Source: Cenococcum geophilum (Eukaryota). From it: a stretch of 64,000 bases of DNA. The DNA is taken from contig CP158635.1 in the NCBI GenBank assembly GCA_050273025.1, forward strand, positions 12,524,001 through 12,588,000. Reading direction: 5' to 3'. A model generated the notes under the pieces. That model ran no database searches. It was given only the letters and a program-made list of their open reading frames with translations, and had not been told where the DNA came from. This document shows positions 1 through 12,426 of this stretch, piece after piece (positions within the stretch are counted from its first letter, which is position 1; every line of letters begins with the position of its first letter). The position numbers and the translations under genes were made by a program.

Positions 1-2735
1 CTCTTCTTATTCTAGTTTAATAAGCCACTTAGCTCTTAGTGTGCCTATTCTAGGTCTATTGGTGATCCTTCGTACTAGCGCTCTGTCCTTCGTACGTCCT
101 AATGTGCTAGATCTCTTATCTAGTTTCTGTTCTTGCCATAAGGTAATTTTTGCTCTAAATTCTTCCATAGTTTCTTTTACGTCGCGTCTTATAAGTAGAT
201 CCTTAAAGTCTTCGTGCTTCTTAATCTTAGTATTAACTTTTTAATCTTTAGGCTAAATACTGTGTTCCCCTAGTAAGTCTTTTGGGTTTATATATCTGTC
301 TCCTAGCCTAATCGCTGTTTGCGCTATAGATTCTCTAATTTATAAGGAAGCTCCTTGCTTCTTACTTATAGGTGTTTTAATTTATACTCTAAATTCCTAA
401 CCCCTTAGATTCTTTAATCCTAAGCTTGCTTCTAACTTAAGCTTAGCTCTAGCCTTAGTCTAACTAGGCCTAACTAGTGTCCTCATCTCATCTTAAGAGT
501 CCTAGATCTCACTTATCTCTTCTTAAAAGTCTTATACCGTTAGGAATTCTTATCCTAAGCTTATTCATATGTCTTTAAACTAAGCTGCTACTCTACTCTA
601 TTAGTTTCTGTCCGTTATAGGTTTTTAAGCTTACCTTATCTTATCTTAAGAATCTTAAGCCTTTGGCCTTTTACCTTTATTAAGTAGTAAGCTAGCACTA
701 GCAGTTATCTGCTTGCTTAATTATCTCTAGATATTACTCCTTCCGTCTTATAAAGCAATGGATACCGTATCTAACGGTGTTATAATACCCGTTACTAAAC
801 CTTACTCTATAGCAGTCTCAGTCTCTACTTCTATTACGTTATTAAGGTTTAGATACCCCTAGTTAGTTCCTTTACTGTCCTCGTTACTATTAATTAATAA
901 GTACTCTAACTCCATTATTATTGTTGCTGATTATTGTCCGTATGTTACTATAATATCTTAATCCAGCTTATAGAGTCGATCTTATTCTTTATCTAACTCT
1001 TTAGTTCCTTTAAGTCCCTTTAACTCTGGCTCTTATAGCCAATAGCTTGCACCGTACTTAGTGTCTTTATAAATTTAGTATACGTTGTTATAACAAAACG
1101 CAAAGCTTCTAATTAAATATTCTTTTATTCCTTATAGTACACTATTATCCCTCTATACGTGTGTGTTATATGCTATTAATCTTATTCCCTTTATTGCATA
1201 GTAACTCTAACTATCTTTATAATCCCTCGCGAAGTAACCCTATTTTCCGTAATTTATATAAGCTCCGTCTCTAAACCATTAACTTTATTATGGAGTCCGC
1301 CTAAACGTCTTCTACTATTAAGATCCCTAGTTTAGCCTCTGCTCCTTAGTCCTACGATCACTAGATCCTTAACCTCTAAGTTTTTATAGTTTCTTACTCC
1401 CTCTCTTATAGGCTTCTTTGGTACCGCTTAGGTCTATTAGCTCTACGCCATACTATAGTTTCTAACTTAGCTTTAGTCGTTGCGTACTTTGCGTCTTATA
1501 TAACTATAGAACTCTATCCTAGCCTTTCTTAGCCTATTCCCTTTAGAAGATCCTATTATTGATCTTAATCGCTTAATCTATTAATTCCCTTAGGGTGTCC
1601 GCATCTTCCATCAAAATAATTACGTCCTAAACTTTAGCCTTAAGTCCTTGTTTATACTATACTATAAGCGCCTTATTGTTCCATTTAACCTATATTGCAA
1701 GTATTTAAAACTATATCGTGTATTTAATTATTAAAGTTCGCTGTATTAGGTCCTAAAGCTTTTTCTTTGCTATAGTTATTGCTTCCGGGTCTCTAAATAT
1801 CTATATTAATTGTTCCGCAAATCCTACCTAGCTAGAAAACACAAATTGTACCTCTTAATTTGTAGTAGTTATTCTATTAGTCTATATCTCTATTAAGTAG
1901 AGTTTAAACTATTTAAGTGCCCAACCCGTTAGGAATAGTCCTGCGTAGGCTATTTAGTCCATTATTATGGCTAACTTAGCCCCTTCTTACATGACTTTAA
2001 AATGCATTTGCGTTAGAAATCCTTTAAGCTTTAATCTTTCTCCTAAGAATTGTTTAATCGATAATAACTTAACCTTTACTACCCTAATTCCATTAAGTCT
2101 GTTCTTAAGTACCGTATTATTTTCTATTAATTAATTCACTATTTCTTATAATTGTCCTACCGTTATAGGTTGTTGCGAGTTAGTGTCCGCCATACTAGTG
2201 TCACCCCCTAACCTTAAAGTAGTTGCCGCCGTTAATGGCGTTATAGTGGCTGCTTTTAGTAGCATATTGTTCGACTCTGTGTTTAATACTATAACTAGGT
2301 AGTAATTGTATAACGGAACCTTATAGTAGGAACTACGATGGGTTCTATTAATAGGCTAGGTATATAGGAAATGTAAAAATAGTAGTCGGCAACGTAATAA
2401 TAACTAGTAGAGTGGTTGCCTAACAGATTAACTCTAATTGTATTCTAAGAATTACTATAAGGAAGGAACTATCTAGGTAGGGACTAAGGGTCCTTAAATA
2501 CACAACCGTACTCCTAAGAAATCCTTCTTATATATAATGTACGTCTTATCTGTTTTAAACGTGACGTTCCTTATATTTAACGCAGATAACACGTTCAACT
2601 ATTATGTGACTCGCTTACCATTCTTCGTCATATGGTTCCACGGGTTCCATCCCGGTCCGTGCCTGTATTAACTAACTAGCTTCTTCCAACTCTTCTCCAA
2701 GTAGTCGTAACATCGTACTTAAAGCGTCTGTAACA
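1..2735 (-). mobile_element. Gypsy LTR retrotransposon family A, copy 1 (5' LTR, gag and post-gag region; runs off the window start), RIP-degraded
   Basis: LTR 2309-2735 (tataacggaacc...tgtaaca) matches the LTRs at 46758 and 61783. The minus strand at ~1215-1266 reads, allowing for RIP changes, as a GACxNCGKxGHFARDC zinc knuckle. The sequence is colinear with 56100-57090 and 60640-61780. Confidence 0.9.
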
Positions 2736-2881
2736 CTAGGGGGGCTTCCTTTAACTATAAAGTAGACTATAGGGTAAGAAGATTTTTAAAAAACTTTATC
2801 TCCATAAGAGGTTAGGGGGAAAACGCGTAAGTACGGCGTAGGTATAGGTAAATAAAGCTACTAAACGCGCAAATATTAATA

Positions 2882-2935
2882 GAGGAGGAGAAGAAGAAGA
2901 AGAAGAAGAAGAAGAAGAAGAAGAAGAAGAAAAAG
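2882..2935 (+). repeat. (GAG/GAA)n microsatellite
   Basis: Run of gaggaggagaagaagaa... read directly. Confidence 0.95.
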
Positions 2936-3475
2936 AAAGCTCTATATTATAGAATTAGAATTACAGTAGGTTATTCTATATAAAATTAGAAGCCCTATAT
3001 AAGCTAGGAGTTAGCGTAGGTATAAGAACAAAAAGAGGGTTAAAAAATGGATTATTAAGGCGATAATAAGGTTAAAGGCGCGCGATAAGGTCCTTTATAC
3101 TAACCTAGGCCTTAAAAACGCGTCTAAAAAGTAGGGGCTACTACTAAAAGAGGGGGGTAATATTTAGACGATATATCGCGGACCTTAGGGGGTTGTATAT
3201 AACCTAAGGTTATACTAAGCCTAACCTAGACCTCTAATACCTATTATATATTAGGGGGGCTAATTTGGCGCGGTTATAACCTGGGTTAATATAAGGTTAG
3301 GGCCACCCTTATTAATAACGCGCCCGAACCCTATACAAGGTCGCGTAGTAACCGCCCCTAAGTACTTTCGCACGCGATTTTAGGCGAAAAGGTATATAAT
3401 TTATGTTAGATCGGTACTTCTAGACGGTCGCGTAATATTACTCTAAATTTACAACACCTAAACGGGCTCTATTTC

Positions 3476-3610
3476 TATATTAAGACGTCTTAGTTACTAT
3501 AGTGCAGTTCTATATTAAGGCGCCTTAGTTACTACAATATAGTCCTATATTAAGACGTCTTAGTTACTAGTAGAGTCCTATATTAAGGCGTCTTAGTTAC
3601 TATAGTAGTC
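3476..3610 (+). repeat. ~33-35 bp tandem repeat (tatattaagRcgYcttagttacta...), about 4 copies
   Basis: The repeated unit is visible directly. It lies just downstream of the Crypton ORF. Confidence 0.85.
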
Positions 3611-4059
3611 CTATAGTAATATAGTATTATATATATATATATATATATACTGCTTAATACGGAGCCTTTCCCTCCCTTTCCCTCCCCTACTCTAAGGGCT
3701 AGTTAGTAGTTAGATATTCTTATAAAGCCAATCTAAAGAACGCCGGCCTTGTAGCTATTCTAGCTAGTTAATAGCCTATCTCTTATCTTTTACCGTACCG
3801 TCTTTTACGCGCCGTCTTATATCCTTAATTATTTTATAGTGACGGCTATAGAATATAGCCTCGCCGTTAACCTACTAGCGTACCCCCTAGTAGTAATTAA
3901 GAGCTTTAATTAACGGCCTACCCGCTAGCCCTAAAGTTTACTTAGTCTAAAGCTAGAAGACTAAATTACCGCCTTAAAGCATTTTATATTTCCTTAGCGG
4001 CGCCTATAGGTTAAGGATAAATAGGAAAGATAGTTAAGTATTAGCTTATACCTACGCTA

Positions 4060-4280
4060 GTAGGGGTAATATAGATATAATAGACGGCTAAATAGGCGGT
4101 GCGGATATTATAGACGGCTAAATAGACGGTATAGATATTATAGACGGCTAAGTAAATAGTATAGATATTATAAATAGCTAAGTAGATAGTGCGGATATTA
4201 TAGACAGCTAAATAGGTAGTATAGATATTATAAACGGCTAAGCGGGCGGCGCGGATATAGTAGATATTATAGTAGATAGC
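4060..4280 (+). repeat. 30-bp tandem repeat (gcggatattatagacggctaaataggcggt-like), about 6-7 copies, inside the Crypton ORF linker
   Basis: The unit recurs every 30 nt (a multiple of 3) between the recombinase and GCR1_C-like parts. Confidence 0.85.
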
Positions 4281-5441
4281 GTAGGCTTGCCTAAAGGTAG
4301 ATATATAAACTTTATAGGCCCTATCTAAATACCCGTCTTCCCTTATTAGATCTATATAGGTGCGAATAATACTAATAACCTTTTTATCTTACTAAGGCGT
4401 TCTAAAATCGTCTATATATATAATTAAACCCCCTTTATTTTAAAGATTACGGCTTTATATCTTAGTTTAGCTACGGCCTTATAGGCGGGCTAGTATTTCT
4501 ATATTATTAGCTTATCTAGCATAACTATATTAGCCAACGAGCTTTCTATCTATATAGTAAACCTCTAATACTCCTTATAGCTAAAAAGAGGATTCTTTTA
4601 TAAAGGGTAGAGTAGGAACTACTTATATAGGATTACCCTAAGCGTATAAAGGAGGCGTAGAAATCCTAAGCCTATAAGGTTAAGCCGTATAACCTTATTA
4701 TTGGCCCTGCCTAGGTAGTAGGCCTTTATACATTTTAGCTAGATATTAATTTTAGGCTATATTTTTAAATAGAGGGCCTTCTTTAGTACCTCCTATATAT
4801 AAGGGAAAAAGTAGCCCTTTCCTTTCTTTAGGAAGCTAGTAATTAACCGCATAAACGTATAGGGTAGGTAGCTAAGATAGGCTCATATTATCGCGTCTAT
4901 ATTCTAGCATCTAGCCTATCTAATTTAGGTCTCCTTAATGCTGCTAAGTTTAGTATACCAAACGCTCTGCTTATAGGCGCTATAGATTTTCTCCTTTAAG
5001 TAAATTCCTACCCCCTAGAATATCTTTTTATTTTATTTAAACTGCGTATAATAGCTTATCAGCCGTTACGGTACTTTAATACTACTAGGGAAGATGTATA
5101 AGTTATAGTAGTCCTCTAGCTACTAAAAGGATAAAAAGCTCTTAGCGCTATTTTTACCCTAGTGGTTAAAGAAGTAGAAGGCTATTATAGAGAGGGGGTA
5201 GAGAATAGGGTTAGCGTTCTATATACAGCCAATATACTTAACCTTACCGTGCTAATTCTACTTCCCTTATATTATTAATATAATTATATATAGCGCTAAC
5301 TCGTCTAGTTTAGGCCCTTTATTCTCTAGTTTAATAAAAACAAAGTTAGTAAGCTAAATATCTTATCTACTTTTACTATAGGTAACGGTAGTATAGCTTA
5401 AGGAATGGGTTAGAAAACAGTAGTTATATAGACTAGGTAGG

Positions 5442-8400
5442 TATAAGGTAAGGATATAAATAGGGAGTCTAATAATAGAATAATAGGTATATTGTATAGA
5501 CAGAGACGAATCCTTAAGGGGAAAGGAGGAGTCTGTGTGCGAGGTAGGAAGGGTTTTCCCTAGGTACGTGTAGCGTACGTACCTTATAGGCGAGTTACCC
5601 CTAGATTGCCCTAGGGTCGCCTATACCTTACGGCTATATAACTATCTACTTAGGTTTTACCTAATAATGCCCCCCCCCTTTAAAAAGGGTCGTCCCCAAT
5701 CCTTTATATACTTAAGCCTCAATAAAACCCTATAAAAAACCTTAGTAAGGAAAAATTTTAGAGGGGAAAAAGCGTTTTAATTTTGCGTATAGAGAGACGG
5801 CTAGTATACATACGCAGCGTAAAAATATTAAGGAACTTTAACCAGCGGTTAAAGTTGTCTAATTAGTTAGATTTGCCTTGCTAAGACTCCCCCGCATTTA
5901 ACCGAGCTAATAGCGATTTTCTATCCCGGGGATAGAAAATCTTAATTAGTCTATTTAACGCCTAGAGCCTATAGCTCGACGTTATTGCCTAAATTTGGTA
6001 GACCATTAGAAGTATTCCAAAGCTTACTTATATAGGTAGGTCGCTAATACCTCGCGGGTAGGTTATAGGTTATTCGCATATAGCCAGATTTATAGACGGT
6101 AAGGCTATATACCTATTAAATCCGCCACTAACCCTACTTTAGCCTTACGCTATACCGGTGTAGCGCTATATATACTCCGCGGGTAGGTTATAGGTTACTT
6201 ATATACAGCTAGGTTTAGGACGGTAAGGCTATATATCCATTAAATCCGCTACTAACCTATACTTTAGCCTTACGCGTTATCTGTATAGCATATATATGGA
6301 ATAGTATAAGTTATTAGTATAGGTTACTACTAGCGGGTCATTAGTAGGTTATAGACCCTAGTTAAATAAACCCTAGTTATAAACGGGCCTATTTTCTAAT
6401 ATATAAATAATCTGCTTAGCTAACATAGAGTGACGGACTAGGTCTAGAAAGGGTGCTTTCTAAATTAAGATACGCCGTAGTTCTTACAGCAATCATTACT
6501 TATTCTTTAATCCCTTAGGACGTCCTCTGCTCCGCTTTAATATAGGTTATATTTTAATAGCGGCGCTTACTTTTCGCCTGCGCTTTAGCTATAAGGCTAG
6601 GGTATTCCACTTACAGTACTTATCTAGCAGTTATTAATAATTCTTAAGTTCTATCTTATATTTCCATTTATTATACTTATTTAGCCATCCTAGCTATTTA
6701 ATAAGGTACTATAGTTGTCTAGCACAATCCTAGTAGGCGATAATTGCTTTTACTTCCTAGCTGCCTTCCTTAAGCTCTTCTACTACTAGGGGTTAAAACC
6801 TAGGGCGTAACCTATAAGGCTTTAGTAAGGAGATATAAAAGACTAGGTAGAGCTGTACTATAATAGGTAGGAGCTCTAGCTTATATACTTACTGCCCTAC
6901 ACGCTTTAGGATTCAAAACGGTCCTATAAACTTGCTATCAAGCTTCTTATAAGGACGTTTTATACGGATATTCTTAGAAGAGAGCAGGACTCGTTTATTA
7001 ACGGCGAAATACTTAGCCAGATGGTGACGATTATAGTATTTTACCTAAAGCTATTAGGCGTGTATTATTAACGCCGCCGCTAACTTATATATAAGGCGCA
7101 GGCGTTATAGATACGTCTTTATAAGTTTAACATTTATTAACTTAGACCCCTCCCTACCTTACTAGGCGTCTTAAACGCCGTCTAAGACTCTATCTGGGAC
7201 GTTTAGCAGCTAGCCATAGGCAAGCTTAATAGGGGAACGCTTCGTTATAGTATAGACCTTGGAGTTATAGGTAAAGGCTACTTCTTTAAGTAGGGAGGCC
7301 TAATTAAACTATTCCTAGTTTGTAAATATACGTAGGTATACCTTAAGTTCCTAGTTCTAACGCTTTATCTAACTATCTATCTATGGGTAGAATACGGTGC
7401 TAAGTTTACGTTAAACGCGGAGATAGTAGTATATAGTGCTTTAGTACTCGCTTATAAATATACTACCCCTATTAGAGATAATATTATCTAGAGGCCCTAT
7501 TTATATAAAGACTCTAAATAAGAGTTCTACAAGTTATATAGTATTAATTATCTTATACACTAGATAGTAGTGTACTAGCTTTATAAAACAGTTTATAAGA
7601 ACAAGGACAAAGTTATACTCTACGCTATTAGAAGTCTTAAACTCTAAAAAATCCGTAATAAAGTTAAGTAAATAATACTGCTAGGCTTAGGTAGGGACCT
7701 AGAGAGGCTATAGCTTACTATAGGGTTTATAGCGGCGCGATTTAAAGTATTAGTAGGTATTTACAGAGGTCCTAGGTAAGGCTATTCTAAGTATACTTCC
7801 GCGTAATTACCTTAAAAGTACGGTTAAAACCATAGTAGCCGCCTATAGGATCGTCATAATTCCGCTTAAGGATCTCCTATTATAGTAGTATATAATTCGG
7901 CACCTAGACCTTATTGTTTTACCTTAGGAGTCCTTAATTATTAAGGGTGTAGTCCTTATTACTAGTAGGAACTTATTTCTAGGTTAACTAATTATATATA
8001 GAGTGTATAAAGGCGTCCCTTTTTTATACTTTATAAATAAAATTAACTAGTAACTTAGGGGGGTGTTCTATAAACGCCGTTTTGGCTAAAGCAGCTACTA
8101 CTACCTCTTGCCATAGCACGAGACTCTGCGTAAAGTTAGTGCTAGTAAAGTAATATATAATACGTAGGTAACTTATAGGGTTCTTATAGGGGACCGTAGC
8201 CTAGGCTAAGGGGTCTTCCCTAGGGTTAAGCGCTATTAGGCTAGTTAAAGTAGTCTTAAAGAGAATAGTAGGACACTCTAGTTCGCCGGCGCCAAGTTTA
8301 TAAGGGTCGCTCGTATACTACACGCATACTACTCGCTAGCGTAGTATAATAGCACTAGGGCCGCCTATAAGGCTTATAACCCGCAACTTTTGCTACAATA

Positions 8401-11400
8401 TAGGCAGTATAGTATTGAGTGTCCTCTTACTACTATCTTTAAAGCCTTTAGTATAATCTAGGCGCCGGGATAGTATATTAGCGGAATTTACTTTACCTAG
8501 CTTATATTTAATCTTAAAATTAAACTTAGCTAGTTCCTTAGCGTACTAAGCCTAGCGAGTAGATAAGCTTTTAGTAGTTATAAAGTACCTAAGATTATTA
8601 TAATCACAGAGCACGCGCGTTATATGCGCGGCGTATTTAAGGTAATAGCGCCACGTCTTAAAGCATTACACTATAGCGAGCAGTTCTTTATTATACGTAT
8701 TATACTATACTTTTAGGCCAATAAGCTTCTGGCTATAATAAGTGATTAGGTACCAGTAGAGTTAATCTCCCTATCCTAAAGACTGCAGAAGTATACCGCC
8801 ATAGGCATAATCTAAAGCGTTAGTAATCACTATTAAGGGTAGATTTAGGTCGAAGTAATAAAGTAGCGGAGCCTATATAAACGCAGCATATAGCTTACGG
8901 AACGCCTACTAAGCGTCGTCGGGCTAGGACCAAGGTTAATACCATTTAGTAGGCCCTTTTAACTTACGCTTCTTCTTCTTCTCCCTATCTAACCTTAGGT
9001 CGCGATATACCTATATAAGATATACGTATAGGGGGTATACGGTATCCGAATAGTTCTAAATAAATCGCTTATAGAAGTTAGCGAAGCTAAGGAAGACCTA
9101 GATATCCCTATAGGACTTAGGCTTAGGCTATTCCTTAATAGCTTTTACGCGGTCAGGGTCTATTATAATACCCCTAGGGGTAACAATAAAGCCTAGGAAC
9201 TCAACGTTCTTAGTATAAAAGATACATTTTAACAGTTTAGTGTATAGGCCCTAAGCGCGGAGCTGTTATAGTACCTACTTAATATACTTAACGTACTTAT
9301 CCTTATTATTTAAGTAAACTATATAAATAGTATCTACTAGGGTTTTTAGAGCTTTATAAATATAGCTCTAGAATATTATAAGGGTATTAGCAAGACTAAA
9401 GGGCATTACTAGGTACTTAAAGTGACTATAGCATATCTTAAATACGGTCTTTTATTCGTCTCCCTTTTTAATATAAATCCTATAGTACCCATTACGAAGA
9501 TTTAGCTTTATAAATATCTTCGCATAGCTAAGCCTATTAAAGAGTTCGCTAACTAGCGGTAGGGGGTACTAGTTCTTAATTGTGATCTTATTTAGGCGTC
9601 TATAGTTAACGCATAGCCGTATTATACCGTCTACTTTCGGCACGAAGAGGATGGGCGCTCTAGTAGGCAACTTACTGGGCCTAATCTAGCCCTTTTTAAG
9701 AGCACTATCCAGGTACTCTTATAAGATCTATAACTCTTTCTATAAGAGGTTATAGAGGGGAATTTACGGTGGCGTTTTACCTTCTTTTAAGTCGATTATA
9801 TAGTTATACTTAGAGTTCTACGGTAGTATGCTTGCTAGCTTATTAGAGAAGATATTAATTTCCTCCTTATATACATCTAGTAGGCTAGGGGCTATAGAGG
9901 TTAAAGCGACTATTATATAATAGTATGTTTCCGGGAGCTAGTAAAGAGAAGGGTGCGGCTAATATATATTTTATAGGTGTACTCGCACTAAGAATATATA
10001 TAGCTCTACTATAGTATACTCGATAGTTTTAGGGTTTTAATTACCTCCCCCTTACGTATAGGTAATCTGCGCCGGCACCGGAGGGTCTCTACGGGTACTC
10101 GCTGCCAGTAACGGCAGGTCCTTTACTATATTTATAACCGGTATCTCTACATTTAGAGGGTCTGCACAGGTACTCGCTGCTAGTAATAATAGGTTCTCTA
10201 TTATATTTATAACCGGCGTAGAGAAAGAGTCTTCTAGCTATAGCGAATAGACTATTTCGCCAGCCTTAATATCTGCTAGGAGAGCGTTAAGGGTAACTAT
10301 TTAGAGGCGTCTAAGGTCTAAAGTACCCTAGATAAACTATTTAAAACAGAAGCTAATTAATAGATTTACTTCCGCAAGCCAATCCTATTTAAGAACTATA
10401 TTATAACTATTAAATAAGCCGCCCTAAAAGGTCTACGGGCTAATAGTACGAGAGGTACCCTAAGAGTCGCTAGTAGTAACTGTTAAATTATAAGTATCCT
10501 AGATTGTTATCTGGTTGCTATTAAGGAAACATATAATAGGTTTACGTAAATATAGCGCGTAGCGTATAGGTAGGTTAAACCTATAGACAACATCTTAATT
10601 AATAAGGTTAATTTAGCACCTATTATTATATAAAGCACGTAGGCGGACTTTACCCTAGGGCGTATCTATTACAATATATATTATAATACATTTCTTCTCT
10701 CTCTCTATATTAGGCCCTAGTTACAGTTAAAAGAGATACGCTACTAGGGCTTTAGGTTTTCCAAAGGCCGAGCTAACTTCTCTTTATTAGCCTACTTCTA
10801 GTATTCCTTATAGTGGCCACCTACGGTCCTTTAACTCGCCTGCGTAGCACTAGCGTCTAGGGGGTCCCCTAAGCCATCTAGCTTTTAGGTAGTCTCCCTA
10901 GGAGTTTACTTAAAAAAGCGTCGCCCTTTTTAGGTTCTATTCCCTAAACCTAAGTCTATAAAGCCTATACTACGACCGCGCTTTAAGCGCGAGGATCTAC
11001 CGTTACCCCCTACGCGGTCTTCTACAAGCTTTATAGTGTTAAGCAGTTGCTCTATACAGCAGATTTCGGCAAAGAGGTCTTTAACGGTTCTTACCCGTTT
11101 AATAAAGTTTTGGCGGAAGAGCTCTACTTATAGGTAGGCTAAAAGGCACAAGAACTAAAAGTCTACCTATTGCTTAGGATTAACAAAAGGGGTATATAAG
11201 AAGCGGTCCTTTAGGCTATATATATAGGCTAGGAAGACGTTAAACCTCTAGTTCTCCTTTATAATAGCTATATAGTACGCAGTAGTATTATTAAAGCGCC
11301 TAACTATAGGGTTCCTAATCTAGTCTTAAACCATAGTCTTAAACTTATCTTATAGTAAAGGACTTTTATCCTTAGTGCCTAGCCGTTAATATACTAGTTA

Positions 11401-12426
11401 AGCGATTGTCTTTTCTTTTATAAGACCTTTAATAGCCTAGCGCGTGCGTTATTTACAGTTATAGTTAGCGTTATTAACCTTAAATCGGTTCTTAACTGCG
11501 GCAATCCACTAGTTAAAATACTATTAAGTTATACCGCTAATATTGGGTAGTAACTTCTTAACCAAGGCGTTAAGATTTGTGTTACGGCACTGGCAAACTG
11601 CCGTCAGATTGCCGCAAATTGCCGTCACGTGACCAGAGGATTGTACATAACTTCGAGCGGCGCTGCTACTCTTCTCCTTTCCTTTCTCTAGCTTTAGATC
11701 CTCGTTTATAGACTACCAATCGTACAGGCTTGCGCGTCCCTCTTGCTGTGCTTATGCCTCGATTGACTGAGTTGCTAACAATTTGCTCGGTGTATGCGTT
11801 CGCTATATAACTTATACTCCTTACTAGAGAGTTAACAGGAGGGCTTTATTAAATTAATAATACTCTATAAGTTAGCTATTTTCTTAGCTAGCTTATCTAG
11901 CTCCTTTAGGTTAGTAGTATTTAGTAGGACACTAGTAACCTTACTAAGCTCTTCTTAAGCCCAGGTATATAAGTTAAACTAGTCTTTAGCGTTCGTAAAT
12001 ATCTAATTATTTTAAGATTCCGGAGGTGGCTTAGATTCTACTAGTATACTTCTAGCGGTTTCGTCTACACTAGATCCTAAGGCATTCTACGGTCGCATCG
12101 CCAGCATATTACCATTAGGTATAGGCGTCGGTTTTCTTTTTAAAGGCATTATAGAAAAATTAAACCGGCTATCCTCCCAAGGGGATTAGTAAGGATTTAA
12201 AGGTAAGGTAAGGATATAGATAGGGAGTCTAATAATAGAACAATAGGTATATTGTATAGACAGAGACGAATCCTTAAGGGGAAAGGAGGAGTCTGTGTGC
12301 GAGGTAGGAAGGGTTTTCCCTAGGCACGTGCAGCGCACGTGCCTCACGGGCGAGTCACCCCTGGGTTGCCCTAGGGTCGCCCGTACCTTGCGGCTATATA
12401 ACTATCTACTCAGGTTTTACCTAATA
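5442..12426 (-). mobile_element. Near full-length Gypsy chromovirus, family B copy 1 (gag, PR, RT, RNase H, IN, chromodomain), RIP-degraded
   Basis: LTRs 5442-5666 and 12202-12426; TSD GTAGG on both sides. The poly-C tract at 5670-5678 is the PPT on the minus strand. RT motif RLCV(N/D)YR at ~9600-9620. Chromodomain-like *EVKAII...YL.K*LG at ~6680-6760. Confidence 0.92.
11580..11780 (+). mobile_element. Solo LTR, family C, inserted in the gag of element B1
   Basis: tgttacggcac...gttgctaaca with TSD ATTTG/ATTTG. Homologous to 26750-26986 (inverted) and 45637-45838. Confidence 0.92.

Noticed and set aside
3690..5440. Starship captain tyrosine recombinase
   Set aside because: The motifs fit Ndc10-II plus GCR1_C (Crypton) rather than DUF3435, and no cargo boundaries are evident.
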